This document shows positions 1 through 9,835 of a stretch of DNA of 64,000 nucleotides, one piece after another. Each line of letters begins with the position of its first letter. The stretch's first letter is position 1. The position numbers and the translations under genes are program-made. The notes under the pieces were generated by a model. That model was given only the letters and a program-made list of their open reading frames with translations. It made no database searches and was not told the DNA's origin. Source of the stretch: Burkholderiales bacterium (GTDB lineage Bacteria > Pseudomonadota > Gammaproteobacteria > Burkholderiales > Burkholderiaceae_C); NCBI GenBank assembly GCA_028864885.1, contig JAGWLR010000002.1, positions 39,171 through 103,170 of the forward strand. Direction: 5' to 3'.

Positions 1-1
1 T

Positions 2-640
2 CACGGCAGCGTGGTGCGGGTGGCCCAGGCTATAGCCCAGGCGTTGCCCAGCCTGGCGCTCGTCCAGGGAGGCCCCTTCCATGATGCGGCTGACAAGGTC
101 CCGTCGGTCGACGTGGGTGCCCCGCATCAAGTGCTCGCGTTCATTGCGCATGAACTCGGCAATCTGGCTCATGGTGCCGTCGATGTAATCCGAGATCGAT
201 CGGGCCGACACCTCCAGCAACTCGCGCAGCTCGGCGGGCTCGGATGTCAGGCTGAATGCGATGTTCATCCACAACTGCCAGGCCGCGCTTTGCGCTGCAC
301 GTGAGGAGTTGAAGACCAGATCCGTGGCTCCCAGTCGCAACAACTCGCGTGCATTGGTCAGCATGTCAGCGGAAACGTAGGGCGGCACCGGCGCCCCGGG
401 CTTTTCGATGTTGGCGGCGGCCCATTGGATCAGGCTGCCGCGGTTGACCCGGCGCGACGCCGCAATCAGCACCGGGTCTTCGGCCACAAAACGCATGCCC
501 TCGGATGACAGGCTGGCCTGGTCGATGGCGTCCAGCCACTCCGGCGGCGCGTTGAGGGCGATCTCGGCGCCTTGGCGCAGCAACTCGCGCACGCGGGGCG
601 AGGGCAGAGGCCATTTGGCGGGAGCGCGGGTGGATTTCAT
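2..640 (-). CDS. PucR/CdaR-family transcriptional regulator, N-terminal part (gene runs off the left edge)
   Basis: Absent from the ORF track because it is open at the window edge. Manual translation from ATG 640..638 gives MKSTRAPAKWPLPSPRVRELLRQGAEIALNAPPEWLDAIDQASL...QRLGYSLGHPHHAAV with no stop down to position 2. Divergent from the monooxygenase gene. Confidence 0.55.
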   Translation of the reverse strand, partial: MKSTRAPAKWPLPSPRVRELLRQGAEIALNAPPEWLDAIDQASLSSEGMRFVAEDPVLIAASRRVNRGSLIQWAAANIEKPGAPVPPYVSADMLTNARELLRLGATDLVFNSSRAAQSAAWQLWMNIAFSLTSEPAELRELLEVSARSISDYIDGTMSQIAEFMRNEREHLMRGTHVDRRDLVSRIMEGASLDERQAGQRLGYSLGHPHHAAV

Positions 641-808
641 GGGCAGCCTAGGGAAATCCTGAGGAGGCCCAGTCGGACGGCTCCCCTAGGAGGTGGTGCA
701 AAGTGCATTGAATTGGCGTGAGATTGATGCAATTTATACCTTGTTTGGCTTGCTTCAAATCAAGAACATGGCAGCCATTGCGTGCAGCCACCTGCTTGAG
801 GAGTTCTT

Positions 809-2335
809 GTGTCAGTCCATCCGCTTCCTTCTGTCGAACACGTCGATGTCCTCATCGTGGGGGCTGGCTTGTCGGGCATTGGCGCCGCCTACTACCTCCA
901 GAAAGAGCAGCCCGGCAAATCCTTCGCGATCGTGGAGTCGCGCGGCTCACTGGGGGGCACGTGGGATCTGTTTCGCTACCCCGGTATCCGGTCCGATTCG
1001 GATCTGCACACCTTTGGCTACGAGTTCAAGCCCTGGGTCAACAAAAAGTCCATCGCCGATGGCGACGCCATCCTGGCCTACTTGCGTGAAACCGCAGAAG
1101 AAAACGGCATCGACAAAAAGATCCGCTTTCATCACAAGGTGGTGGGGGCATCGTGGTCCAGCAGCGAGGCACGCTGGACGGTCGAGTTGGAAGTGGTTGG
1201 CACGGCCTTGCGCAAGACCATGAGTTGTCGCTGGCTCTTCTTGGCATCTGGCTACTACCGCTACGACCAGGGCTTCTTGCCTCAGTTCGAGGGCGTCGAG
1301 CGCTTCCAAGGCCAGTTGATTCACCCGCAGCATTGGCCGCAGGATCTGGATTACAGCGGCAAGCGTGTGCTGGTCATTGGCAGTGGTGCCACCGCCGTGA
1401 CCTTGGTGCCGGCCATGACGGACAAGGCAGCGCATGTGACCATGCTGCAGCGCACGCCTACCTATGTGGTGAGCCTGCCCTCGGCCGACCCCGTCGCCAA
1501 TGGCCTGCGCAAGATCCTGCCTGACACCTGGGCCTATGCCCTGACCCGTCGCAAGAACATCGCCATCTCGCGTGCCATCTGGAGTCTGTGCCAGAAGTAC
1601 CCGCGGGCGGCCCGTCGTGTGATCCGCTTTGCCAATCAGCGGCAGTTGCCCAAGGGCTACCCGGTGGACGAACACTTCAACCCGCCCTACAACCCCTGGG
1701 ATCAGCGTTTGTGCGCGGTGCCCGATGGAGATTTGTTCAAGGCCATCTCCAGCGGCAAGGCCTCGGTGGTGACCGATCACATCCAGACCTTCACTGAAAA
1801 GGGGGTCTTGCTCAAGTCCGGCAAGGAGCTGCAAGCCGACATCATCGTCACCGCCACGGGGCTCAACCTGCAGATGTTCGGGGGGGCGCAGCTTCGGGTC
1901 GATGGACAGCCGGTTCAGTTGAGTGACAAGGTCGCCTTCAAGGGGCTGATGCTCAGTGGCTTGCCCAACTTTGCGTTCATCGTGGGCTATACCAATTCAT
2001 CCTGGACCTTGAAGGTCGGTCCGATCTGCGAGCACTTCTGTCGCCTGCTCGCGCACATGGATCGCCAGGGCTACGACATCTGCTACCCCGAACTGCCCAG
2101 CTCTGACATGCCGACACGGCCCTTGCTGGACTTCGGTGCAGGCTACGTCCAGCGCGTGATCCATCAGTTGCCCAGGCAGGGCGCAGGCGCCCCTTGGATG
2201 ATGTCGATGGACTACCTCAACGATGTGGAGGTGCTGCGCCGTGGTTCGGTGGAAGACCCGAATCTGCATTTCGCCAAAGCCGCCCAGGTCAGCCACAAGG
2301 TTGACACGGTGGTCAAACGTGCGGTGGGGGCCTGA
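809..2335 (+). CDS. FAD/NADPH-dependent Baeyer-Villiger-type flavin monooxygenase (EthA-like)
   Basis: N-terminal dinucleotide fold [16 protein letters not shown] fingerprint FxGxxxHxxxWP present as [12 protein letters not shown]. Second Rossmann motif [14 protein letters not shown] start. Confidence 0.85.
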   Translation: MSVHPLPSVEHVDVLIVGAGLSGIGAAYYLQKEQPGKSFAIVESRGSLGGTWDLFRYPGIRSDSDLHTFGYEFKPWVNKKSIADGDAILAYLRETAEENGIDKKIRFHHKVVGASWSSSEARWTVELEVVGTALRKTMSCRWLFLASGYYRYDQGFLPQFEGVERFQGQLIHPQHWPQDLDYSGKRVLVIGSGATAVTLVPAMTDKAAHVTMLQRTPTYVVSLPSADPVANGLRKILPDTWAYALTRRKNIAISRAIWSLCQKYPRAARRVIRFANQRQLPKGYPVDEHFNPPYNPWDQRLCAVPDGDLFKAISSGKASVVTDHIQTFTEKGVLLKSGKELQADIIVTATGLNLQMFGGAQLRVDGQPVQLSDKVAFKGLMLSGLPNFAFIVGYTNSSWTLKVGPICEHFCRLLAHMDRQGYDICYPELPSSDMPTRPLLDFGAGYVQRVIHQLPRQGAGAPWMMSMDYLNDVEVLRRGSVEDPNLHFAKAAQVSHKVDTVVKRAVGA

Positions 2336-2337
2336 TC

Positions 2338-3297
2338 ATGCGCGCACAAGACGGGCATCGCCCTCTCGATCAGTTCTGCACCGTGTCCACTGGGATGCGG
2401 CTGTGTTATCGAACTTACGGGCCCGACTACGCCGAGCCGCTGCTGCTGATTGCTGGACTGGCTTTGCACCTGACCTCGTGGTCGCCTCGCTTCATCGAGG
2501 GGCTGGTGCAGCGTGGCTACCATGTCATCACCTTTGACAACCGCGACGTGGGACGCTCGTCGCGCCATGCCGGCACGCCTCCGGGTGTGTGGCGTCAGTT
2601 GACGCGGCGCATTGCCCCTGAGGCCTACGACTTGTCTGACATGGCACGTGACGCGGTGGGTTTGCTGGATCACCTGCAGATCGAGCAGGCGCACTTGGTC
2701 GGCATGTCGATGGGCGGGATGATTGCGCAAACGATGGCGGCGAACCATGCGAATCGTGCCCATTCACTGACGTCGATCTTTTCGACCACGGGCGCACGCC
2801 GAGTGGGGCAACCCGCGGCCTCGACGATGTGGTTGTTGAGCCGCTCGCCGGCTCGTACACGCGACGAGGCCGCTGAAGGCTATCTGCAGATGATGCGGCA
2901 CATTGGTTCGCAGGGCTTTGATCGCGATGAAGAGGCCTTGCGTGCCTATGCCGAAGAGGCCTGGGATCGGGGCAACGGCGCAACTGCCAGGGAAGGCGTG
3001 GCGCGGCAGATTGGCGCGATCATCAAATCGGGTGATCGCACGTCGGCCCTGAAGGGAATTCGGATTCCGACCTTGGTGGTGCATGGTGATCGCGATCGCA
3101 TCGTGCACCCCAGTGGTGGGCATGCCACTGCGCAAGCCATCCCGGGGGCTCGCCATATCACGATCCACGGCATGGGCCATCAGATCTCAGAGGGTGTGGT
3201 GCCTTACCTTGTTGACTTGATCGACGGCCATGCGCAGCGCAGCCCGCAGCCCGAGATGGCCACGCCCATGCAGCCAGACCAACGCCGCTCGGCTTGA
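2338..3297 (+). CDS. alpha/beta-fold hydrolase (putative esterase)
   Basis: Nucleophile elbow GMSMGG and C-terminal HGMGH. Starts 2 nt after the monooxygenase stop. Confidence 0.8.
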   Translation: MRAQDGHRPLDQFCTVSTGMRLCYRTYGPDYAEPLLLIAGLALHLTSWSPRFIEGLVQRGYHVITFDNRDVGRSSRHAGTPPGVWRQLTRRIAPEAYDLSDMARDAVGLLDHLQIEQAHLVGMSMGGMIAQTMAANHANRAHSLTSIFSTTGARRVGQPAASTMWLLSRSPARTRDEAAEGYLQMMRHIGSQGFDRDEEALRAYAEEAWDRGNGATAREGVARQIGAIIKSGDRTSALKGIRIPTLVVHGDRDRIVHPSGGHATAQAIPGARHITIHGMGHQISEGVVPYLVDLIDGHAQRSPQPEMATPMQPDQRRSA

Positions 3298-3318
3298 ACC
3301 CAACCAGAAGGAGACCTT

Positions 3319-4191
3319 ATGAGCACTCAACCCGAAATCGTGCCCCGCGAGAAGCTCGACTTTGATCTGGAGGGCGACATCCCTCAATACTGGTTCGGAG
3401 GAGACCCCTTCAAGACGCGCTTTTGCGACGCCATGTCCACCATCTTCCCGGAGGGCGAGCGCTACTTCATCTCATGCGTGCGTGACTACCGCGATCAGGT
3501 GACCGACCCAGAAATGCTGAGTGAAATCAAACACTTCATCCGGCAAGAAGGGCAGCATGGCATCGTTCACAGCAAGTACAACGAACGGTTGAAACAACAA
3601 GGCATTGATGTGGATCGGCTGGAACGCATCACGGCTCAAATGCTGTTCGGATTCTTTCGCAAGTACCTGCCCAAGGCGCACACCCTGGCCGCCACTGCTG
3701 CGTGCGAACACTTGACGGCCATCATGGCCGAGACTTTCTTTCATCGCAAAACGGTGCTCGGCGATGCCGATCCCCGCATGTACGCCCTGTATGCCTGGCA
3801 TGCCATGGAAGAAATGGAACACAAGGCCGTGGCCTTCGATGTGATGCAGAAGGTGGCCAAGGTGGGCTACCTGCGCCGTGTGTGGGCCCTGGTCGAGGTG
3901 ACCTTGAGTTTCAACCTGCACATCTTGATCTACACCGCCCACATGTTGAAGGCGGACGGCTTCTCGTTCTGGCAACGCGCCAAGCTGATGACCAAGGGGC
4001 TGTGGTGGGTGTATGGGCCCCGTGGTTTGTTCACGTCCTCGATGCGGCCTTATCTGAGTTATTACAAGCCCGGCTTCCATCCCTGGCAGCACAAGGAGAT
4101 GTCGGCGTATCAGCTCTGGCTGGACACCTTCAATCAGACCGGTGACCCGATCCTGGCGGGACGGGCCGTGTACGCCGCCGCACCCACCTGA
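3319..4191 (+). CDS. predicted metal-dependent hydrolase (PF10118-like)
   Basis: AAGGAG RBS. N-terminus FDLEGDIPQYWFGGDPFKTRF and the His/Glu-rich core HFIRQEGQH...WHAMEEMEHKAVAFD resemble that family as I remember it. Confidence 0.6.
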   Translation: MSTQPEIVPREKLDFDLEGDIPQYWFGGDPFKTRFCDAMSTIFPEGERYFISCVRDYRDQVTDPEMLSEIKHFIRQEGQHGIVHSKYNERLKQQGIDVDRLERITAQMLFGFFRKYLPKAHTLAATAACEHLTAIMAETFFHRKTVLGDADPRMYALYAWHAMEEMEHKAVAFDVMQKVAKVGYLRRVWALVEVTLSFNLHILIYTAHMLKADGFSFWQRAKLMTKGLWWVYGPRGLFTSSMRPYLSYYKPGFHPWQHKEMSAYQLWLDTFNQTGDPILAGRAVYAAAPT

Positions 4192-4193
4192 GA

Positions 4194-4901
4194 TCAGACG
4201 CGGCGTTGCAGCAGGCGCACGTGCATGGGGCGGGTGAAGGCTGCCCCATCGTCTTTCAGATGCGGCAAGAAGGCGGCGCGGGTGCGGGCGATCTTGTCGT
4301 CATCCAGGTGATGATCGGCAAAGGTCGGTCGCATCATGCGGGTTTCGAATTCTTCAAAACTCTTGAACCGAACCGGCATGTCAAACCGGCTTTCGCGCAC
4401 CTGAACCCAGGGGCTGTTGCTGGCCGCGAGAGCCTGATCGACCGCCGCTTGGGCGGCAGCGCGAACCGTGCCTTCGTCGTTGTAGATGCGGACGATGTCG
4501 TTGAGCGCGCCGTCGTACACGGGCTCTGACACATACAGATGGCCGCCGGGCTTCAAGACGCGGGCCGTTTCGGCCAAGGCGTTGGCCATCTGATCCAGCG
4601 GCACATGGTGCAGAGATTTCAGCATCAACACCAGGTCCACGCTCTGGTCAGGCAGGTGGATGGATTGCGCCACGCCCACTTCAAAGCGCATGCCTTCTTG
4701 GGGTTGCGTCAGGTTGGCTGCATGTTGACGCAGGTCGACTTCCAGACCGGTGTACTGGTTGCCGGGGTGGGCGCGCATCAGGTCGCGCGCCAGCTTGGCC
4801 GCGCCGCATCCCAGTTCCAGGATGTTCAGGTGGTCGAGCGGCACCATCTGGCGCAGCACATCGAGTTCATCGTTCACAAGGGCAGGAATCATCGTGGTCA
4901 C
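4194..4901 (-). CDS. class I SAM-dependent methyltransferase
   Basis: Motif I ILELGCGAAKL and post-I/II LKPGGHLYVSE. Lies 12 nt downstream of ybgE on the same strand. Confidence 0.8.
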   Translation of the reverse strand: MTTMIPALVNDELDVLRQMVPLDHLNILELGCGAAKLARDLMRAHPGNQYTGLEVDLRQHAANLTQPQEGMRFEVGVAQSIHLPDQSVDLVLMLKSLHHVPLDQMANALAETARVLKPGGHLYVSEPVYDGALNDIVRIYNDEGTVRAAAQAAVDQALAASNSPWVQVRESRFDMPVRFKSFEEFETRMMRPTFADHHLDDDKIARTRAAFLPHLKDDGAAFTRPMHVRLLQRRV

Positions 4902-4913
4902 TTTGGGATACGG

Positions 4914-5174
4914 TCACTGACTCAGTTTAAGGCCGAGGGCCACCAACAGCCAGCCCAGGCAAGCCCATTGAGAAAACATCCAACGCCACAGACGGGCATC
5001 GGGGATGAAGCCCACCCCGCGCACGAACCCTGCACTCATGGCCATCAACAAGGCCGTGGCCACGGCGTGATCGGGGCGCCCGTCGTGCTGAGTCATCCAC
5101 CAGGGGTAGACCGTGCCACCCAGCATGATGAGCAAAGCCACCATCAGGCTGGGCCAGTGCAGCGGCTTGTTCAT
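4914..5174 (-). CDS. ybgE: cyd operon protein YbgE
   Basis: Small membrane protein. GFVRGVGFIP matches E. coli YbgE GVIHGVGFRP. Overlaps the cydX stop by 4 nt. Confidence 0.75.
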   Translation of the reverse strand: MNKPLHWPSLMVALLIMLGGTVYPWWMTQHDGRPDHAVATALLMAMSAGFVRGVGFIPDARLWRWMFSQWACLGWLLVALGLKLSQ

Positions 5175-5293
5175 GATTCATCCGAGCCGTCTCGGGCTGC
5201 TTGGCGGTTCTCTTCGTTTTCGCCCCACATGGCGTTCATGATGGCCAGCAACACCGCAAAGCCGACGCCCAGTATCCAGGTGAAATACCACAT
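5171..5293 (-). CDS. cydX: cytochrome bd-I oxidase small subunit CydX (40 aa)
   Basis: MWYFTWILGVGFAVLLAIMNAMW... matches E. coli CydX MWYFAWILG. Only appears in the track as the tail of a spurious 163-aa ORF. Confidence 0.8.
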   Translation of the reverse strand: MWYFTWILGVGFAVLLAIMNAMWGENEENRQAARDGSDES

Positions 5294-5316
5294 TGATTGC
5301 TCCTTTGCGTGTGGGC

Positions 5317-6453
5317 TCAATAAGCCGTGTGATCGTTGGCCCGAATGTGTTCCACCGTGACCTTGCCGCGCATCACACGGTAGGCCCAGCCGGTGTACAA
5401 CACGATCAAGGGCATGAACAGAACCGTGGCGCCCAACATGATCCCAAGGGTCATGTGGCTGGACACGCTGTCCCACACCGTCAGGCTGGCATTGGGCATG
5501 CTGCTCGATGGCATCACGAAGGGAAACAGGGCCACCCCGGCCGTGCCGATCACACCGATCATGGCCAGCGAACTGCTCACAAACGCTGTCAGGGTTCGGC
5601 CCGCCATCAGCAGCAAGGTGGTCAGCAGTGCGCCCACCAAGCCCATCACGGGCAGAGCCCACAGTCCAGGATGCTGGTTGAAGTTGTGCATCCAGGCACC
5701 CGTTTGCAGCGCCACGGTTTTGGCCAAGGGGTCAGGCAGGGCGGCCGGGTCGATCACAGAGGTGATGACATAGCCCTGAATGCGTTGCACCCACACGCCG
5801 GCGGCGATGAAGGCAACGATCATGACCCAGGCCGCCACGCGCGCTCCGATGGAGGCGCGGCGTTGCACCTCACCTTCAGTTCGGTGGGCCAGGTAGGTGC
5901 CGCCGTGCATCGTGATCATGGCGCTGCTCACCACGCCCGTGAGCAAGGCAAAGGGGTTGAGCAGTTGCCAGAACGAACCCGTGTAGGTTGAGATCAATTC
6001 ATCGCTGAAATGAAACGGCACGCCCTGAAACAGGTTGCCAAACGCCACGCCGAAAATCAGCGGGGGCACGGCACCGCCGATGAACAGCCCCCAATCCCAG
6101 GTTTGGCGCCAGGTGGGGTGGGCTATCTTGCTTCGGTAGTCAAACCCGACGGGGCGGAAGAACAAGGCCCACAACACCGCCAGCATGGCCCAGTAAAAGC
6201 CGCTGAACGCGGTGGCGTAAACCAAGGGCCAGGCGGCAAAGATGGCGCCGCCGCCCGTGATGAACCAGACCTGGTTGCCATCCCAGTGGGGGCCCACAGT
6301 GTTGATCACGACCCGGCGTTCGTCGTCGTTGCGGCCCACGAAGGGCAGCAGGGTGCCCACGCCCATGTCGTGGCCGTCCATGATGGCAAAGCCGGCCAGC
6401 AAAACGCCGATCAGCAGCCACCAGATGATCTTGAGGGTTGGATAGTCCAGCAT
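5317..6453 (-). CDS. cydB: cytochrome d ubiquinol oxidase subunit II
   Basis: Start taken at [33 protein letters not shown] (378 aa, typical CydB length). The track ORF extends upstream into cydA. Confidence 0.95.
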   Translation of the reverse strand: MLDYPTLKIIWWLLIGVLLAGFAIMDGHDMGVGTLLPFVGRNDDERRVVINTVGPHWDGNQVWFITGGGAIFAAWPLVYATAFSGFYWAMLAVLWALFFRPVGFDYRSKIAHPTWRQTWDWGLFIGGAVPPLIFGVAFGNLFQGVPFHFSDELISTYTGSFWQLLNPFALLTGVVSSAMITMHGGTYLAHRTEGEVQRRASIGARVAAWVMIVAFIAAGVWVQRIQGYVITSVIDPAALPDPLAKTVALQTGAWMHNFNQHPGLWALPVMGLVGALLTTLLLMAGRTLTAFVSSSLAMIGVIGTAGVALFPFVMPSSSMPNASLTVWDSVSSHMTLGIMLGATVLFMPLIVLYTGWAYRVMRGKVTVEHIRANDHTAY

Positions 6454-6470
6454 GATGGGGTTCCTTGCGC

Positions 6471-8027
6471 TCAGGCGTGAAAGGCTTCGTTGGCGTAGCG
6501 GCCCGTGCCCAGACTGCCTGGGCCCATGCGGGCGAACTTCACCATCAGGTACATCTCGACGATCAGCAGCACGGTGTAAAAGCCGATGAAGCCAGCTAGC
6601 GAGCCATACAAGCTCTCCACCGTCAGGGTCGACACGCTGAGGTGAGTGGGCAACACACCATAGATGGTCCAGGGCTGGCGACCGTACTCGGCCACAAACC
6701 AACCCAGCTCACAGGCCAGCCAAGGCGCGGGCAACATCCACAAGGCCCATTTCAACAGCCAGCGATGGCGTGCACAGGCAGTGCGGAGGGTGCTCCAGAA
6801 GGCCAGGCCAAATAGCAGCAGCATGGCAAAGCCCAAGCCCACCATCACGCGGAAGGCCCAGAACATGGGGGTGACGCGTGGAATGGTGCTGTCCACCGCC
6901 TTTTGAATCATCTCCGGCGTGGCCTGGCTCACGTCGGTGGTGTACTTGCGCAGCAGCAAGCCAAAGCCCAGGTCGGCCTGATGCTGGCGCAGCGTCTCAG
7001 CGGCCGAGGTGTCTTGCCGGTTCTTGCGCAAGGCTTCCAGGGCCTTGACCGCAACGATGCCACTTTCGATGCGGGTGCGGTTCTTTTCTTTGATCTCACG
7101 GATGCCAGGGATCTGTTTGTCGATGGACCGGGTGCCGATCAAGCCCATCACGTAGGGGATCTCGATTTCCCAGTTGTTGCGTTGCTGGGCTTCGTCGATG
7201 CTGGCCAGCAATTTCAGGCCAGCAGGGGCGGGTTCGGTCTCCCACATGGCTTCGATGGCGGCCATCTTGGTTTGCTGCGCCTCACCCACCGTGTAGCCCG
7301 ATTCATCGCCCAGCACAATGACGCTGAGTACCGATGCCAGGCCGAAGGCGGCGGCCACGCGGAAGCTGCGTTTGGCGAACTCCACATCGCGGCCCTTGAG
7401 CAGGTACCACGATGAAATCGACAACACGAACATCGCCCCGGTCACATAACCGGCCGACACCGTGTGCACGAACTTGGCCTGGGCATCCGGGTTGAAGATC
7501 ACGGCCCAGAAGTTGACCATCTCCATGCGCATCGTCTGCCAGCTGAATTCGGCCCCCACCGGGTTTTGCATCCAGCCGTTGGCGATCAGGATCCACAGCG
7601 CACTGAGGTTGGTGCCCAGCGCCATCAGCAGGGTCACCAACAGGTGTTGCGCCTTGCTCAGTCGGTCCCAGCCGAAGAAGAACAGGCCGATGAAGGTGGA
7701 TTCGAGGAAGAAGGCCATCAGGCCTTCGATGGCCAGCGGTGCGCCAAAGATGTCGCCCACATAGTGCGAGTAATACGCCCAGTTGGTGCCGAACTGGAAC
7801 TCAAGGGTGATGCCCGTGGTCACCCCCAGCGCAAAGTTGATGCCGAACAGCTTGCCCCAGAAGCGGGTCATGTCTTTCCAGACCACCTTGCCGGTCATCA
7901 CGTAAACCGACTCCATGATGACCAGCATCCAGACCATGCCCAGGGTCAGGGGCACGAACAGGAAGTGGTACATCGCCGTGGCGGCAAACTGTAGCCGCGA
8001 CAAGTCAACGAGTTGTTCTGAGATCAA
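6471..8027 (-). CDS. cydA: cytochrome bd ubiquinol oxidase subunit I
   Basis: [22 protein letters not shown] and [18 protein letters not shown] are near-identical to E. coli CydA. TTG start. Confidence 0.95.
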   Translation of the reverse strand: MISEQLVDLSRLQFAATAMYHFLFVPLTLGMVWMLVIMESVYVMTGKVVWKDMTRFWGKLFGINFALGVTTGITLEFQFGTNWAYYSHYVGDIFGAPLAIEGLMAFFLESTFIGLFFFGWDRLSKAQHLLVTLLMALGTNLSALWILIANGWMQNPVGAEFSWQTMRMEMVNFWAVIFNPDAQAKFVHTVSAGYVTGAMFVLSISSWYLLKGRDVEFAKRSFRVAAAFGLASVLSVIVLGDESGYTVGEAQQTKMAAIEAMWETEPAPAGLKLLASIDEAQQRNNWEIEIPYVMGLIGTRSIDKQIPGIREIKEKNRTRIESGIVAVKALEALRKNRQDTSAAETLRQHQADLGFGLLLRKYTTDVSQATPEMIQKAVDSTIPRVTPMFWAFRVMVGLGFAMLLLFGLAFWSTLRTACARHRWLLKWALWMLPAPWLACELGWFVAEYGRQPWTIYGVLPTHLSVSTLTVESLYGSLAGFIGFYTVLLIVEMYLMVKFARMGPGSLGTGRYANEAFHA

Positions 8028-8203
8028 TTGGATGCTCCAGTTGGAAGGCGGCTGGCTTGCTCGATGTGTTGTGCCACCTCGCCAGCCGTGACGCTCACCC
8101 GGTCATCCCGTACGAAGTACCACCACAACGCCAAGAGGGCGGCCAGCTTGATGGCGAGAACCCAGGCGAGGTGGCGCAGCAGACGACGGTCGGGTGAGGT
8201 CAT
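8024..8203 (-). CDS. small single-TM protein upstream of cydA (CydP-like putative oxidase small subunit, 59 aa)
   Basis: Below the ORF-track cutoff. Manual translation gives [59 protein letters not shown]. Its TGA overlaps the cydA TTG start (TTGA). Confidence 0.55.
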   Translation of the reverse strand: MTSPDRRLLRHLAWVLAIKLAALLALWWYFVRDDRVSVTAGEVAQHIEQASRLPTGASN

Positions 8204-8356
8204 ACATCTGACTAATCAGGATTCGTGCCATCACGACGCGATGGAAAAACATCCATGCTGACAATGACTTGCTTCAAGAACGAGAAAAAGAGCTGACGGA
8301 AACTGTCAGAAAAGTTGTGCCAAATTGGCGCTGCTGCCAAAATGGCAGAAAAATGA

Positions 8357-9694
8357 GTGGAAGCCATGCCCGCCTCATCGTCTGCGCCTGCCGAACTGCT
8401 GTCGTTTCTGGATGCCCAGGGCGAGCCGCACATCCTGCTGGATGCCCGCTATCGCATCCTGGGCGCCAATCGGGCTTATCGCGAACAGTTCGGCGCATCA
8501 CCTTCCGTGGTCGGGCGCACCTGTTTTGAGGTGTCCCATCACTTCCAGGAGCCGTGTGATCAGTGCGGTGAGACCTGCCCGATGGCGCAAGCCAAGCTGT
8601 CCCTGCGGCGTGAGCGCGTGCTGCACCTGCATCACACCTCACGCGGCGAGGTGTATGTCAACATTGAACTCACGCCCTTGCTGAACGCCAAAGGGCAGGC
8701 GGCGTACTTTGTCGAGAAGATGGAGGAGTTGCCGTTGGCTCATGGGGGCTCGGGGGCAGCTGGGCTGGTGGGGCGTTCGCCCGCTTTCAGAGAGATGCTG
8801 CAGCTCGTGGCACGGGTGGGGCCGACCCGGGCGGCTGTGCTGTTGCTGGGCGAATCGGGCACCGGCAAAGAGTTGGTTGCTCGCGCCATCCATGAAGCCA
8901 GTCCGCGTGCTTCGCGTCCCTTGGTGGTGGTCGAATGCGCCAGCCTGACCGAAAGCCTGTTCGAGAGCGAACTGTTCGGGCATGAGCGCGGGGCCTTCAC
9001 GGGGGCCAACTCAGTCAAGGTCGGCTTGGTTGAAGCCGCCAGCGGGGGGACTTTGTTTCTGGATGAGGTGGGCGACATCCCCTTGTCGATGCAAGTGAAG
9101 TTGCTGCGCTTGCTGGAAAGCGGCACCTATCGTCGGGTGGGCAGCACCGAGTTGCGTCGTTCGGATGTGCGCATCGTGTCGGCCACGCACCGGGATCTGC
9201 GCCAGATGGTGACGCAAGGGCTGTTTCGGGAAGATCTGTACTACCGTCTGAGCACCTTCCCGATCCACACGCCGCCGCTGCGGGCCAGACCACAAGACAT
9301 CCCGATGTTGGCACAGGCGTTGCTGAGTCGACTGGCGCCAGATCGGGCGTTGACGCTGACCCCGCAAGCCTTGGATCGCCTGTCGACGGAAGCCTTTCCC
9401 GGGAATGTGCGGGAGTTGCGAAATGTGCTTGAGCGTGCGCTGATTCTGGCCGATGGCGTCAAGATGGATCGTGAACTCATTGAGCGGGCCCTTCGAATCG
9501 ATCACCCGAATCCGATGCCCCCTGCGGGTGCGGGCTTGGCCAACATGGGCGATCGATCCTTGCAAGAGATGGAGCGCGAGGTATTGTTGGCTCACCTGCA
9601 GAATCACGAGGGCAGCCGAGCCGAGTTGGCCGCCAAGTTGGGCATTAGTTCGCGCTCGTTGTATCGCCGCCTCAGGGGCTTGAAAGGAATCTGA
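8357..9694 (+). CDS. sigma-54-dependent Fis-family transcriptional activator with an N-terminal Cys-rich PAS-like sensor and no receiver domain
   Basis: AAA+ Walker A GESGTGKE, GAFTGA motif (ERGAFTGA), C-terminal Fis HTH LAAKLGISSRSLYRRL. The N-terminus carries CFEVSHHFQEPCDQCGETCP. The start could be GTG 8357 or ATG 8366. Confidence 0.85.
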   Translation: MEAMPASSSAPAELLSFLDAQGEPHILLDARYRILGANRAYREQFGASPSVVGRTCFEVSHHFQEPCDQCGETCPMAQAKLSLRRERVLHLHHTSRGEVYVNIELTPLLNAKGQAAYFVEKMEELPLAHGGSGAAGLVGRSPAFREMLQLVARVGPTRAAVLLLGESGTGKELVARAIHEASPRASRPLVVVECASLTESLFESELFGHERGAFTGANSVKVGLVEAASGGTLFLDEVGDIPLSMQVKLLRLLESGTYRRVGSTELRRSDVRIVSATHRDLRQMVTQGLFREDLYYRLSTFPIHTPPLRARPQDIPMLAQALLSRLAPDRALTLTPQALDRLSTEAFPGNVRELRNVLERALILADGVKMDRELIERALRIDHPNPMPPAGAGLANMGDRSLQEMEREVLLAHLQNHEGSRAELAAKLGISSRSLYRRLRGLKGI

Positions 9695-9835
9695 AAGACA
9701 CTGCGGCTTTGATGAAGCATTTTTCGCGTTTGCCCGTTCTTTTGTCAACGGACTGTTGCAACGTCGCGTTACAGATTGGTTTTGTCTCAATATGTTGACC
9801 TAGACTGGAAAGTCTCAATCGAAGGAGAGTGAAAA

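Noticed and set aside
1194-1212. TGGCACG...TTGCG sigma-54-like string inside the monooxygenase gene.
   Set aside because: The spacing is one nucleotide short of GG-N10-GC and it lies well inside a coding region, so it is most likely chance.
5317-6702. Upstream extensions of track ORFs (cydB to 6702, DUF4124 gene to 35839, atpI to 56231, rlpA to 53000, hemE to 56145, GGDEF to 51775, serine hydrolase to 15187).
   Set aside because: The extensions overlap neighbouring genes or promoters and have off-frame-like composition. Homolog N-termini or RBS positions support the internal starts listed under features.
8264-8278. A possible FNR/ANR box upstream of the cyd operon (ATGAC-TTGC-TTCAA versus TTGAT-N4-ATCAA).
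   Set aside because: Only about 7/10 matches, and I could not place a convincing -10 element at the distance expected for a class II site. It is mentioned because bd oxidases are often FNR-controlled, but it is not callable from sequence alone.
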